Positions 40,001 to 55,000 of a DNA stretch of 64,000 nt are shown piece after piece; the first letter of the stretch is position 1, and the number at the start of each line of letters is the position of its first letter. Origin of the DNA: Epiperipatus broadwayi (Eukaryota; Animalia; Onychophora); NCBI GenBank assembly GCA_028023455.1, contig JAQFVV010000004.1:17546001-17610000 (forward strand), written 5' to 3'. The translations under genes and the position numbers were made by a program. The notes beneath the pieces were generated by a model. That model was not told where the DNA came from. It saw only the letters and a program-made list of their open reading frames with translations, and did not search any database.

Positions 40001-43000
40001 ATAGCTATCATAAAAGTGCTGATATTAAACGTTTCTGAATTTGAGAATTCCAGAATAACATTCTATTTGTAGATATATATATATAAAATATTTTAAATAT
40101 TTAGTGTCATTTAACACTGAAAATTCATAAACTTTTTCAAAACTTACCTGCAAGAGTTTTAATAATATCTTGAATAAGAGAACCCAGAGAATGGAGATGA
40201 GCACTCCATAATTTTCGGCTATTTATTACTAACTCAATTTCAGTTTTAGTTAAGGGCTAAAAAAAAATAAATTAAAGCATTATATAAATAATCTATTTTT
40301 TTAAAAAAAGTTTTGCAATTAAATTTTCTATATCTGATAAGGCATAGTATATAATATAAAAGATCTCTTTCAAACACATATACGACCTATACATCAAAAG
40401 TCACAAAATGGAGATAAAGTATAACCCATACATTTTACACACACACACACACACACACCTGAACATCATTTGAGACAATAATTATAATTTCTGAACTGTT
40501 ATGATAGTTTCTGGTGTTTTTAAAATAATCTGGACTATTTAACTCTGAAATCTGGTTACACTGAGCACTGTATATTCAAATAATACTAGTCTATTTTCAT
40601 ACAAAAATATAAAACTTTAAGCTCAAAAGATTTTTGAAAATAAAAAATTACTAGGATTTAATTTTATCTGACAAATCAGAAGGATTCTGCTTTAGAGATA
40701 AATATTTTTATAAGTGTTTGCCAACACAGAATAAAAGTGAAGGTAGAATTGAAAATAAAGATAAAACTTTGTTCAAAAAATATCTGCGTAGTCAAAGATC
40801 ATTTTGAAAATGAATATAAGACTATCACTGCAATAGAACAACCAAAGAATTATAGCATTTAGAGTTAGGATGAGACAAGAGAATTTCACATCCTGGGAAA
40901 ATTTTGTGTGTGATGTTCCTATTTTTTTTTTTTATACTAATAATTTCATAACTTCAATATTTCTAATTATCATTTTTATTCATTCAGATATATATAAAAC
41001 AAAAATGATAAATACAAAATTATTTATTTTACAATATAATTTTAATTCAATTATTTATAATATAGTTTTATTGTTAGATAATTATTTTTGAAAGGAGAGC
41101 AAGCTTTAACTCTAGTTGATGAACTTAGTTTTAGCAACTCAGACAGATGGCTGGTCATCTTGCTCCTTAATCTGGCCCTAATTGTGATACAAATGATTAC
41201 TATGACTTGCATAAATCTTTAGATAATAAAGAATAATCAAATCCAATTTTTTTCTTATATCCAAATGATATAGACAGTGATGGATTTGATAAAGCATTCA
41301 GGATAATTATATTCAGAAAATTCTTTGCAAAATTTATGGCTTAGCTTGCATTATATCAACTATAACAAAAATAAAAATCATTTGAAATGCTTGCCATGAT
41401 AAATTAGATTAAAAGTAAAACCAAAAACTTAAATTGTTACCTATAAAAAAACAATTTAAAGAATGATAACAGCAAAGTAATAACCCCCCCCCTCCTAATT
41501 TCTTAACCATGATTTACAATAAAGTCATATTATATAATTATCTTGAATAAAATAATAAAATCAATTTTAATTAACTTATTAACAGTAAATGTAATCATTA
41601 ATCTTAAAAAGGATGTAATAAAGTGTTAGATAAAAAGTTTCCTATAGGTAATAATTTTTGTTTTTACTTTCAATGTTATATACAAACCTTTCAAAAAAAA
41701 AAAAACCTGGCTGAATGACTTCGAAGAGACTAATCAAAAAAAATATTGTGATCAAATAGTAAAAAAACTTACAATTATAAATTATTTTACTAAAGAGAGA
41801 TTAAGATTCATAAAATAAGACCGACAATACCTGATCAATTCACTATGCAACAATGAATTTTATTTTTTTATTTATTAATATAATCAAATTATATATATAT
41901 AATAAATGTAAAATACAATACCCGTTATAAAATATTATATATATAAAATTAAAATTTTAACGGTAAATACAATATTATAGTTTAAATTCCAAACCTGGAG
42001 CCAGATGAGGCTAGAGACTTAATTCATGTATTTTTTAGGCCTAAAACTTGAACTTTCTCCCATCCATTGAATAAATAATATATCCCATCTTTCAACTAAA
42101 AATAATCTAAACTTTAACTATGTAGATCTTTCATACATCCTATATATTTAATACATAAACTTTGCATTAGTTCCATACTGTATAATTAATTTACCTATAT
42201 CAACATGTAAATATTGTTATAGTCCTCGTTACTCTTTGGGCCAGGACAGTCATTAATCAATGGAATTTCCAAACCTTATATATAGGTTTGACTTACTTTA
42301 TATTCCTAGCTAATTATGCATATGATGCACTGCCTTAAGACATTAGTGTAATCTTTGATGATATTTATATTTATTTATGTTTCTTTCATACTTATATTAA
42401 GTACCTATCATAATTTTCTTATGCAGCTCTTGAGACTATGTTATTGAAATAATACAACTTTTGATTTTTCTATAGACATGGTTTGCATACCACATTTATA
42501 TGTATACATTGAAACTTTCTTATTGACATAATTTTATGCTATCATTGATTTCTTTTGTATCTACTCTAAGGTGTAAATAAAGTTTTAATTTTGAAAGTAA
42601 ATTCTTTTGTAGCGCTTTCGATTACGTGGCTACAAAAGAATTTAAACTATAATATTGTATTTACCGTTAAAATTTTAATTTTTTTTTATATATATTGTAA
42701 CGGTATATAAATATGCCGTTACATTAATTTAAGATTAAAATAAAAACTTAAGTTCATAAATAAAAACTAAAAGCTAAAAAATTAAAGTTGTTAAACGTAT
42801 ATATATTTGCACAGATGCAAAACTTTAAAAGTATTTTTTTTTTTAAATAAAAAAAAAAAAGTATTTGAACATACTTTTTTGTAAAAAAAGAAAAGATCTA
42901 AATATAAAATATTTTAGTAAAAAGTAACATAAGTAAAAAACAGGTATTAATTAATTCCTGAAATCTCAAAATGAAAATGATTGTGTTATTAATTATAGAA

Positions 43001-46000
43001 AAGCAAACTAGCCCTTGGGGATCTTATATAATTAAAAAGTCAGATGAAATATATAGATAAAAATTAAAGATTGTTTCCCGCTCTGAAGCAGAATGTCCAA
43101 TAGAAGCAGAAACCAACGATTGATAGTTCAGTGAATCCGGACGATGTGTATAAAAGGAAAAATATTGAAATTAAGGACACTCCAGCTTGATTTTTGAGAG
43201 GGGTAATAAGATGCACTCGTCACCCTCTCTCACTTATTTAAAAAATAAAATGACTGATGAATTATGAATGGTACTGTTGCAGACCCAAATCATAAGGGTT
43301 CTGCAATAAAATAGTACCAGGATTGATGCAGCTAAGGCCACCTCCAGAACAACAGACCGGTCTTCAAATAAAGACTTCGTTGGAATTGGTGGCAGGAACC
43401 GGGAGCTCTTCTACTGTAAGATAGAAACAGAAAAATTTTAAAAAAAGTAATTAAGAACTTTCAAGATTTAACAAGCTAAACCTAATTTTTTTTTAAAAAA
43501 TGAACTTTAATCTGACTTTTCAAATCAATTATTAATGTTTAATTTTTATACATTTGAGTTTGCTAAAAATGATTTCCATTTTTTTTTTTTTTGTTCCCTT
43601 TAAGTTTTATGATTTTTGTTTTTTCGTTAAACTAAACTTAATAAATGCTAAATTTAAGTCGGGCATGAATGGCTGCATAGATTTGTAAAGTTATATTAGT
43701 TTAATTAAGGGAGGGTAAATCTTAGGCTATTTGTTTCGTAGTTAAATTGGATTGGATATATTGGTGTAATTAGTAAATATAGTATGAGGTCTGCTACGTG
43801 CAGGATCACCTTATACGCCGCATTCGGGTGAAATAAGCCTTTATTATTGACCATCGGAGACAGACGGTATTCCCTGCTCCTTGGATCACCCCTTTGCCTA
43901 TGGAATGGAATAGTAAGACGGAAAACGCAGTCCCTTCCTATGGAGTTTTTTTTTTATTGTTCTTCTCGCCAGACAGATATAGTATTCCTGTACTGGACGA
44001 GAGTCAATGTCTTCTATAACCATGCTGTTCAGATGCGCATTCCTGACAGTATAGTATTTGTGCTGTCGTATTCATGCTGCATTGAATACATCGATATATC
44101 AGATGGATTGACGTTGGTTTGACTGCGAACTTTTGGCCTAAGGTTAAATAAGAGATAGAATATTTTCTTTTCAAATGCAATCTATGTAGTTTATTCGTAC
44201 TTGACCCTCTTAAAAATATTATTAAATTCATCTGTGCAGATTGTTTAAAATAAAAATTTAAAAATTAATAACCAACCTAAATAATAAATTTTATTCCTCA
44301 ATTTTATTTATATGTGCATTAATAAATGTTTTTGTGTGTTATTACTGGCAGTGGCTTCTTTTATTTTTGTTAATATTGAAAAAATATTTTAAGAATTTAT
44401 ATTTTATAAATCTCTGTGTCTCACTGAGCTAGTGGCATGGGCTGACGGTCGGAATAAAATATATATGTAAAATTTGAATCTTAACTTACGTATCTGCCTA
44501 CTATATAAATTTTTTAGATTAAAAGTAGTCTAGTGGTGCCCTGTAGCACAGATACGGTAAGACTACTGATCTTCTCCGACCGTTATAATATATATGTTAT
44601 GACTGGAAGCAAAATTCTTGCTCATCAGACAGCATGAAGTTTGAGTTAAGCTACAAATACTATACTAAATTTTAGTATTTTATATCACTCTATAACAACT
44701 GATTACATTATTAATAGCAAACAAATTAACCATATATATTGTCTAGTTATTTCAACTTTTGGAGGAGTAAATTTAATATATACATTTAAATAAGTATAAA
44801 CTTTAATAAAAAAAAAAAGGCAATCTATATAGAAGAGAGATGCAGATAAATTTATGTATCTAGATGAAATAATATGTTTACACAAAAAAATAATAATATA
44901 TACCTCTCTTGTTTGTAATGGTAAGGATAAAGGTAGAAGTTCAGATAGTAAAATAAGTCCTCCCATGAAAGTGTACGGAGCAGCAGGAACATATTGCAAA
45001 ATCTGTTTCACCATTAATGTCCACAAACTATTACTGAGAGCTGAAAAAATATTTAAGAAAAATTATTAGATCTGTCTCTCAATCTCTCCCTATATTTATT
45101 GTAACAGATTAAATATTTGTGTATGCTAACCTCTGTTATAGCCCGACTGGTTTGGGCAGCATTTGCAATAGAATAAATATATGGGCCATGCTATATGTTG
45201 AGTTACAGCCTAATTATTGATCACCATTTGTAACAGAATAAAAATAATAAACTAAGGAAGAACAATCCTAATTTAATAACACCCATGAATTGTAGCATCA
45301 TTTGTAACAATGAAAATAATAAACTAAAATGAATATCATTCAATGAATAACACTCTAATATTTAAGTTAATAAAACAATGATAATAACCACTATTATAAC
45401 CTCATAAATTCCAATGGCACTAAAACAAACAAAACATTAATTCAAACTATCCTAAAATATAAGCATTATTTGCAATAGATCAAAGATAAAGCTAAATACC
45501 ACTGTCTTATAAATAACAATAGATGCCTATAATATAGATTCATTATAATAGAATGAAAATAATGATGAAGAATTAGACAGATAAACCTTAATATTCTTTA
45601 TGAGGCAAAACATTGTTTATAATAATACAAACTTATACTAAAAGTTAAATGTTATTTATATTTAAATGAAATAATTCATGGATGGATTGAATAATAATTT
45701 AATTATGTCCTACAAATGCAAAATATCAATGATATCTAAACAAAGATGTGACTCACTGATTGATTTCTAATTATAGCTAAATAAAATAAAAAATAATGCC
45801 AACTTAGCCATGCTATACCACTAATACCAATATGCTCTTATTAATTAAGTCAATCATAATAAGATTAATTACTTAATAATAATACAAAATCAGTTAAAAA
45901 CGTATCTTTCTATTTTCACCAACTTAGTATATTATAAAACCAAATCATCCTATTAAATAACCTTAAAATTTTCAATATCCAATCATAACAATATATAAAA

Positions 46001-49000
46001 TAAATGATAGATTCCTATTTGATGCTTAATTGACAAATCACATCCAATTACTCTTCGGTTTATTAAAACTAAGTTATTAAAATTTTAGACTATAACTGTC
46101 AAAGTATAAGAAAGATTCTTAGATTTATTATAATCAAATATTAATGTTAAAATTTAATATTTAAACTAAATTTACGATCTGCACTAATAAACTTTAAATA
46201 TAATTAAAGAAATCACTCTAATTTGTAATAGAATAAAACATATTACTATTACCAACTTTATAACTAAATAAGATTATGATCTTTGTGGCTGTATACTGAC
46301 TTAATGTAATATTTATTTTAATCAATATTGACTTAAAATAAAATATGTGAACATTTCATTGCAACTACCTTTACTCAATTTTAATAATAACCACATTTGC
46401 ACCTTTATCAATCATCAAATCAATTCATATATAATTCCTATTTCAGTATATCTATTGCTTGTTAGTAACAAAATAATTACAATAAGCTTCTAATTACTTA
46501 TTAAATATTTAAGAATGTTAAATCAATTAATTTCTTCCAAACATGTTGTAATGAGTACGTTGTCAAGTAAGGTATTACATCATCTAATTTCTGTAATAAA
46601 GCATTAATTTTTGCTTGAAAAATGTTCAGTGGCATTTTAATACTGAATGATAGCCAATTACATTTGAATAATCCAACAGATGTTGTTAGGGTTAATATTT
46701 CTGCTGACTTATATGTAACAGGTATTTGTTGGAAAGTGGAGTTTAGATCCAGTTTTACAAAGTATAATGCACTTTGAAGACTACCAATACTTCTCTCACA
46801 TTTGACACTGGATATGCCACCTCTTTTTAAATATTTATTTACTGTTATTCTTTAATAACCATGTATCCGTATTTGACCATTGGGCTTTATTATTACAATT
46901 ATAGGCATGGCCCAATCTGAAATTTCTACCCAGTGTCACAACACACTTACTTACCAATCCCTGAAATTTCTGCACTACCTTAGCCTTCTGTGCAAATGAA
47001 ATTTTTTTGTGGTTTACATACAACCAGATCATTTTCGGCTACCTCGATCTCTACCAGGCTAATTACTATTGTCCCCAATTTCTCATCAAACAAATCTGGA
47101 TATTTCTTTTGAATTTCACATTCCAGAAAAATTCTTTTTACAATACTGGCATGAATTCCTATCTCATGGAACCAATACCTTCCGATTATAGGGCTAATTT
47201 CCCTTCCACTATGTGCAGCAGTAAATTAATTATTTTTTTCACAATATTTAATTGGTGCTTTTACTTGTCTCAGTAATGTAAGCACATTTTCACTCAGGTC
47301 TTGAGCCTTAATGTTTGCTTTCCTTATTGGAATACTCACATAGATAGTCAACAGTGCTCATCAATCTACCTCATACATTACAGATATCCCTGAGCCACTA
47401 TCTGTCTCCATGCTAATCTCTTTCCCACAGAATTGCAATTCCATCATAGATTGCTTCGGTCCCCGAACTTCCACATTTTTTATAACATACATTTAAAATG
47501 GTTTTTCTCCCCTATTTTTCTGCACCTGAGTCTTTTCTTGCCTCTCCTCATTTCCGAATTTCATACATGACAAATGCTCTTTACTTCCACATTTATAACA
47601 TTTTTCCTGCTTCCATTTGTAATGTTTTATTCTATGACCAGGTTTTCTACAGCAGAAGCAAGTGGTTTTATTTTCATTTCCATACTCTGTTTATTTTGGA
47701 ATAGGTTGTTTAATTGTCTTATAAGCTCCTGTATTCAGATTATTTTTGGCTTTATTTTTAAAAGCATATACTTGTTCTAATATTAGTTCATAAGCTATTT
47801 CTTTTCTAATAGCTAATTTGTACGTTAAAGTTGTTGTCTGAGCCTGTTGTTAACACAATATCCATACCCACAATCTTTTTCCAGTTCTCTCAGGGCTGAA
47901 TTGTATTCTTTAATTTTCTCTTCGTTAAACTGTTTTCTATTCCTTAAATTTAAATGAGCTATATGATGGAATGGACAAGGATTAAAATATTTATTTAGCT
48001 TCCTTATTACTTCCTCTTAAGGTACGTTATTTGTTAACACAGGTTTATATAATTCATTAACTATCTCAACAACTTTCCTACCTGAAAAGCATAAGAGTGC
48101 AACAATTTTCCACTTATTGTTTTTGATTTCATTTAATTTTAAAAAAATCCTCCATTTGAGTTAAATGCAATGGCTACTCAGCAGCATTGTTTACATTGAA
48201 CTCAGCAATACAAGTTTATACAAATAATGTCATATTGATTTTTCTTTATAGATTAGGTTTGAATTTTCCAATGGCACCAATTTTGCTATGTCTTAACACT
48301 AATTCGCTATAAAAACCCGAATTTTGCACAGCAAGAATAACAAATAATATTTTTGGAATCAATAGAGGACATAAATAATTCAGAGAATCAATATGCTTCA
48401 ATATATATGATTTAATATATACAATTTAAGATATATTTACACAAAATGATATATACTACTGTTTTAAATATTTATAAGCTATTCTAATTAAGATTGCACA
48501 CAACAGCTAGGTTAGGATTAGTAATTTCACCTACTAAGTCTACTCACTAAATACTTATGTCAGTAATTTACCTTATAATACCTTCACTGTCTCTTCAGCT
48601 TAGTGGTCCTTAAGGCATTTGAAATAATAATAAGATCAGAATAATCTTCTAGTCAACTGAGATATTGGGAATAAAACATCCCACATTGGTTTTCTTCCAC
48701 TGCATCACAGTTTCCTTCTAGTAGGCTTCATAGATGCCGGAAAAGAGCATGTTTTCTTTTCTGAAACAGTTTTTTATATTTTTCGCGTCTTTTGTTCTTT
48801 CTGGAATAATCTAGGCAATAAGGTGGTTTGAGGTGGAGGTTGTCTTATCAGTTCAAATTTGTACTTTGTAAATTTAATTAGTATTTATAATTTATATTAA
48901 TTACATTTCTTTCATTATCCAAAGTTCTTTCCTTTCGATCACAATTTATTTTTAACAAATAAGTAATTTAATTAAAGCATTTTAATTAATCTTATTTCCA

Positions 49001-52000
49001 GCTATTTCTTACTGCAAATTTAAATCTCATAAACTCATTATGTGATACATATTTTTCTATCATATAAAAGAGTGCTTTTGTTGAATTTAATAGGATTATG
49101 ATACTATTTCTCAGGTATTTACATTATTTCAGTGCATTAAAAACAAAAAAAAACTAGAATGATCATGATCAATGAACATTTGTATTTTCTTTGCAGTTTC
49201 AATCCACCAATCATTTTTAAGTCATCTTGTCAGTTGTTAAACTTCTGCATTTAGATCTTCATATTTATTATGAAGTTTTACATTTAATTTATTATTCTGC
49301 CAAGTAAAAAATGCGTGATCAAAATCAAACATGTTTTGGAAAGAGAAAACAAATTAAAATGTTAATATATATACTTATATGAAATAAATTTGTTATTTTA
49401 TAACTAATGAAAGATATAAATATACAAATGATTTTAAAAAATTTATCATGTAGAACAATTCTATAGATATCATATTATTTTGTCATCATCAAAGCATGAG
49501 ACCTTAAAGTCACAATGTATATTATTATATACTGAGGTCTAAAAAAAATTATTTATATAACCAATTAGGAATAAAAAATGTGCTAACCTTCATCTGATTC
49601 AGATTCTTTCAAAGAAGGTTGAGTGAATGCTAATAAAATGTCAACAATATCACTTTGAATCTGGAAAAAGAAAGCATATATTTATATTTGTTTAAAATAA
49701 AATAATTGAATACATGAGAACAATTTATAATAAATAAAATAATTTTTGCAAATAAAACAAGCCTGGATAAAACATCAAGACTCAGACACTAAGATGTATT
49801 ACACAGTTTAATAAATTAACAATAAAACAGAAAATCAATTGAGATCAAATTAATTAATAAAAGACACACTTACTACTAATGATATAATAAAGTATTTAAC
49901 AAAATGAAAGTTTAGACAAAATTAGTTATACATTACAAAATTTAAAAATTTCTCTTTTCTTATTTTTAGTGCTCTAAGGAGTTAGCTGGCTAATCTCACA
50001 GAGATCTCAAGTTCTCTTCTGCATATATAACATTACTTATATACTATGATTATTAAACATTAATAATTAATTTGATATTTCATTTTAAATTGACTGGGAG
50101 TGATGATGAGTTTTTCATCACTCCAGATTCAATCCTTTGTTATTACCCATTCTGTTATAATATATATGTACTGCAAATTAAAATTTTTTAAAAAAAAAAT
50201 ACGCATTAGGAAAATAAAGTTTCTTCCAAAACAAATTATTGGATTAGTCCGTATGCTTACATATGCAAATTTGCAAAAAAACTAGCTATATAAAGATTTG
50301 CAACAAGAAAGATATTATACCAATATATTTACGAGAAAGTAATTATTACTTATTTAAATATTTGAACTGACAAATTTTAAATAGAAGGTAATCGATCTTT
50401 TACACAGATGCTGTACTGTTCTATTAAATCAACATTGTTTTTGTTCCAATGTGAAGAAACTCTTGATCCAAGGCACAAGATGGAGACTTTGAAAAGATAA
50501 GAATGGCCATTTTATCTTTGAACCTAAATTCAATTATATGGGCCAATCTTAAGTCTCTCACATTCAACAAAAATGTTGATTTAACGTAACAGTACAGTAC
50601 ATGTGTAAATGACGATTATCTTCTATTTAAAATTACAGTTTAAAACCATGTTAGTAAATCTATTCACCAATTACATTAAATTTTATTAAAGTAAATTTAC
50701 CTATCTAAGTCTATCCAATATCACAATTTTTTCTTTTTTTTAGCATTCAATCTTTACATATTTTTCAGAGTTATGTACCAACACAATTTTGATGATTTTT
50801 CCAGTGCAAAAGCTTTAATCAATCTGTGAGATCTTATCCCTAACACAGGCAAATTAAATCTGGGCAAAAGAGCCAAAATACAATAGATAACTATCTAGAA
50901 ATGCATGGGCAACAGAGCCAAAATTCTTCTGATCTTTTAGCTTATTATGTCTTTGATATATCAATTCACTCAAAGTGTAAGACTAGTTCAGCTGTTCTCT
51001 TAATAGCAATTGGAGGACGTAGTATTACTTTGCGAGTTTGTAACTTTCGCTATAAATTTTTAACTGTAACTAAATTCATTAAAATTATTCTGCCCTTTCT
51101 ATAAGTTTGTTTTTTGAAAACACATTTGTTTTTTAATAAATATTTATCATAGTTGTTTTTATGTTACACAAATTCCTTAACTGGTTCATTAATCTATCTA
51201 TTATCTGTCACATCTTCATATTTATCTCTATTTAAAGCTGTTTATATATTCTTCCCGCTTTCATGAATTAAACTGAGAGTTTACTAAAAAAAAAAAAATG
51301 TTGTAAAGTTATTTAAATAATAATCTGCCCTTTCTTTTTGCTTTCAAGTTAAAGTTGTTTACATAGATATAAAGAAATATAAATCTATACTTTTATTTCT
51401 ATCCTTTTAAATTCTGTCTTTAGAATTTTTTTATTTTTTTTTAGACTCAGTAGTTTAAGATGTATGGATCATGATCCACCTCTACCACACCAGTGCTTGA
51501 TCTTCTTATAAACTCCCAGGCAATAAAGCCATCTAATTACTTTATTTTTTTACTATATACACACACATAACAGATTGTCAAAATATATATTGGATTTACA
51601 ATGTTGTTTTTAGCAATACATTTTACTATTAAAAAAATATTTTTTTATTATTATAAAACACAAACTTAAATATATTTAAAACTTTTACTTTATCACATAT
51701 ACTTTAAACATTTGAATAACAACATCTGAAAAAAAGTAAATGATCTTCAAGATGTATTTCTAGATGCTCTAGAAATCTTCAGTAAGTCCAGGTCATAACT
51801 TCTCAACATGTCTCCATTATCTTTGTTCAGTTTTTATCAATATCAAATTACTATAATTTAATCTATAAATATCAATTTTTTTTCACCGACATATTTGATA
51901 CTTGCAGATTAAATTGTACTAATTTCAATGCAAATTTCATTGTCCTTTTAAAATAAATTTCCATTATTTTTTAAAATTTATATATATATAAGTTTACATT

Positions 52001-55000
52001 TTATCTAAAAAAAGAATACTTTTTTGTTTTACTTATTCAAATAATATTCTTTTAATAACTTATATCTAAAAAATTAAACATTACAACAAATGTGATGAGA
52101 ATGGAAAACAAATAAATTATATATCTTTCATGTAAAAAAAAAGTCTTCATTATAAACAATCATGAAACAGAAAAAGTGAACACTACAACTCAATTGTCTT
52201 TACTGATTTTTAAATGCATGATTAATGTGAATGATAAATCTGCCCCCCCCCCCACAACTGTGATTTTATTTATTAAAACTTATTGTCTATTTATCACAAG
52301 GACCAAACATGATATTTTAATTTGAAAAAGTTGTTTAAAATTAGCACTAAATTAAGCAATGCAGAGAATAATTCACTGAATAGATAAATTATACTCTATT
52401 TTAAATTCTTTAACTTATCAAAATATATTTTGTTGACCTTAAAATCAAGATACTTGTGATTTTATTTATTAAAGCTTATTGGGTTTATCACATGGACCAG
52501 AGATGTGTCCAAATGGTTACTTCTGCACGATTAAGGCCAATAATTTAAATTATCCACTAAGGCGCAAGAGCTTTTCTGGCATTTTGATATATTTTTATAT
52601 AAGCACAACATTCAATAGCAAACAAATACCCAGTCATTATTAGATTTTGAAAAATAAGTTCACTATTTTAAATTGTTTCATTTTTAAAATTTAATAACCC
52701 CTTCAAAGCAATATACCTGATGAAAAAAATGACAACAATTGGCCAGGTCACCATAAATAGTATAGTATGCCATTTCAAGTTTGAAAAGAACCAGGTAGAT
52801 GATTTCTTCTTAGGTATTCTATCCAACTGATCTTAAGCTTGTAAAGCCTGATTCTCCATGATGGCTAATGCTTCAAGCACATTCAGTCTGTTCATCTTTC
52901 TGCATTTTCAATAAGGTATTAGATATCTACTCATTTACAAGAGCAACAGCAAAGAATTTAGGATTTCTTTATCATCATTGCTCTTTCCAGATCCACTGTG
53001 TTGAGATTCATGAGAACTGGCTCAATATCTGAATTGTTGCTATTCCTTACCTCTTCGCAAAGCATGTGATGTCTTTCTTTCCAGGTGCATGTCACTGATT
53101 CCTCTAGTGTTTTCATCAGTCTTCTCCTCCTCGAACTTCATATGGATTTACTGAAAGATTAAGTGGATTACTGATCATTCATCATTAACTTGTAAAGAGG
53201 GGAAAGATTGATGTTCTGGTAAACAAATATTATTTGAGAATCAATTCAAGGAATTTTGTAGTGATAAGGTCCAAATATAAAGTTCACCAACAGATAATGA
53301 CTTTTTAGCAAAAAACAACAATGAATTAATTATTACTTCTTTCTTGTTAGATGAAACTATCACAGGTAGCTGTATTTTTGAATCTCCACAGCTGGACCAC
53401 TATATATTTGCCCCTCACTGTCAACATCTACTTGTTCAACAATAGCATGAACATTTAATTTAGTGTTTAGGATCAGATGCAGATTCGGTATCAATGTGAT
53501 CTGTTAGAGGGCTTACCTTTAATGGTATGTCTTTCAAATAAATGTCATTGCTTAATGATTTCTCATTTCCATCGTAGAAAATCTCTGCTTCATAAAATAG
53601 TCCCAAAAGATCCATGAACACTGCCACTTCATTATTTTAATGACAACATTTCTACTTCTTTTTTAATTGTTCTACATAATTCTTCTTTCATTTCTGTCAA
53701 CATAGCAACATTTACAAACAATACTTTTGTCTTTCAATTACTTTCTAATTGTAACATTAAAGTTTCCTATATAAATTTAAAATATTGTTTGGTATAAACA
53801 AAAACATTTTATATATTTATATAAAAATCAACTACTTCATCACAATGAGGGGCATAAATCTTAATTATCTGCATTTGATATATTCCACTAAATCCATAAG
53901 TAATCTTGCCACTATATTTGATATACCATCAATCTTCACAAATGCTGTTTTTCCTGTTTTTATTGATGTTGAATCCTATTCCATTTGTGCTTCCAATAAA
54001 ACAATAAGCATAGTTTAGTAAATGATCTAATAACTTATAATATGAAAGAGCTATAAATTCTTTTATCTTATAAAACTGTTCTTTGATCTCAGCCCTGATA
54101 ATAAATAGAGTTAATCAATGGTATCTTAGCTGCTGAGATACTGAAAATTGATTCCTATGAAATTAAATAGAATCTGATCTCAATTTAATCTAAAGAATTA
54201 GTTACAAACAAAAATCTCTTAGTACCAGATGGAATTTTCCCCAATAAAATTATAATCTTAATAATGCAATGGTAGAGACTTTGGAGTGTAATAACCTCAA
54301 ACCAGTTCAAACTTCTTATAAACTTTTGAGCAATAAAGCCATTTCAAGTATTTATTTAATGGCACCTTAAGTATAAACAAAAAGTCAGAATCTGTATTTA
54401 ATTTTTTAATTACATGTCTTGTTAACAACGCTCACATCATAGACAAAATTGCAATATTTCAAACTATTTATGAAATAATTTATAAAAGTAATGATATTAA
54501 GCCATTTATTCATATATAGCTAATTGTTTTTATATGTTATCTTATAATCTAAAACCAGCAATCTAGAGATAACATCATTAGATATTCCAGATTGAGTGAT
54601 TATGCAAAATATTAAAAAACCCTTTTGTATCACTTACATTAGATATCAAGAAATTATTCAAAACATATAAAGAATTATAATGAGCAACAGTGTGAATTTA
54701 GAAATTCTCTCAGATTATAACTGAGGACATAATTCATATTCCATTTATTAAAATTATGTCTTGGAAGGTGAAATTATTAGATATCATGTTCAAAACAATA
54801 CTGATTTTTTTTCCTTTTTGAATCAAATATATGTAGATAAAAGTTAAATAAATGACAAACACATTATTAGCATTTAGAATATTTTAGTACTATGAGCTTC
54901 AATAAATGAGCATACAAATTGATTTCTTTGTTTTAATTATCTTCCAATATTTTATCCAATAAATAAAGCTTTACAAATTAATTGATTTTCAATGAAAAAA

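Noticed and set aside
44590-44635. Hammerhead-like CTGATGA-GCAA-GAATT-TTGC-TTCCAGTC on the minus strand
   Set aside because: The essential GAAA is absent and the counterpart in copy 1 of the repeat lacks the motif. Not supportable without a family consensus.
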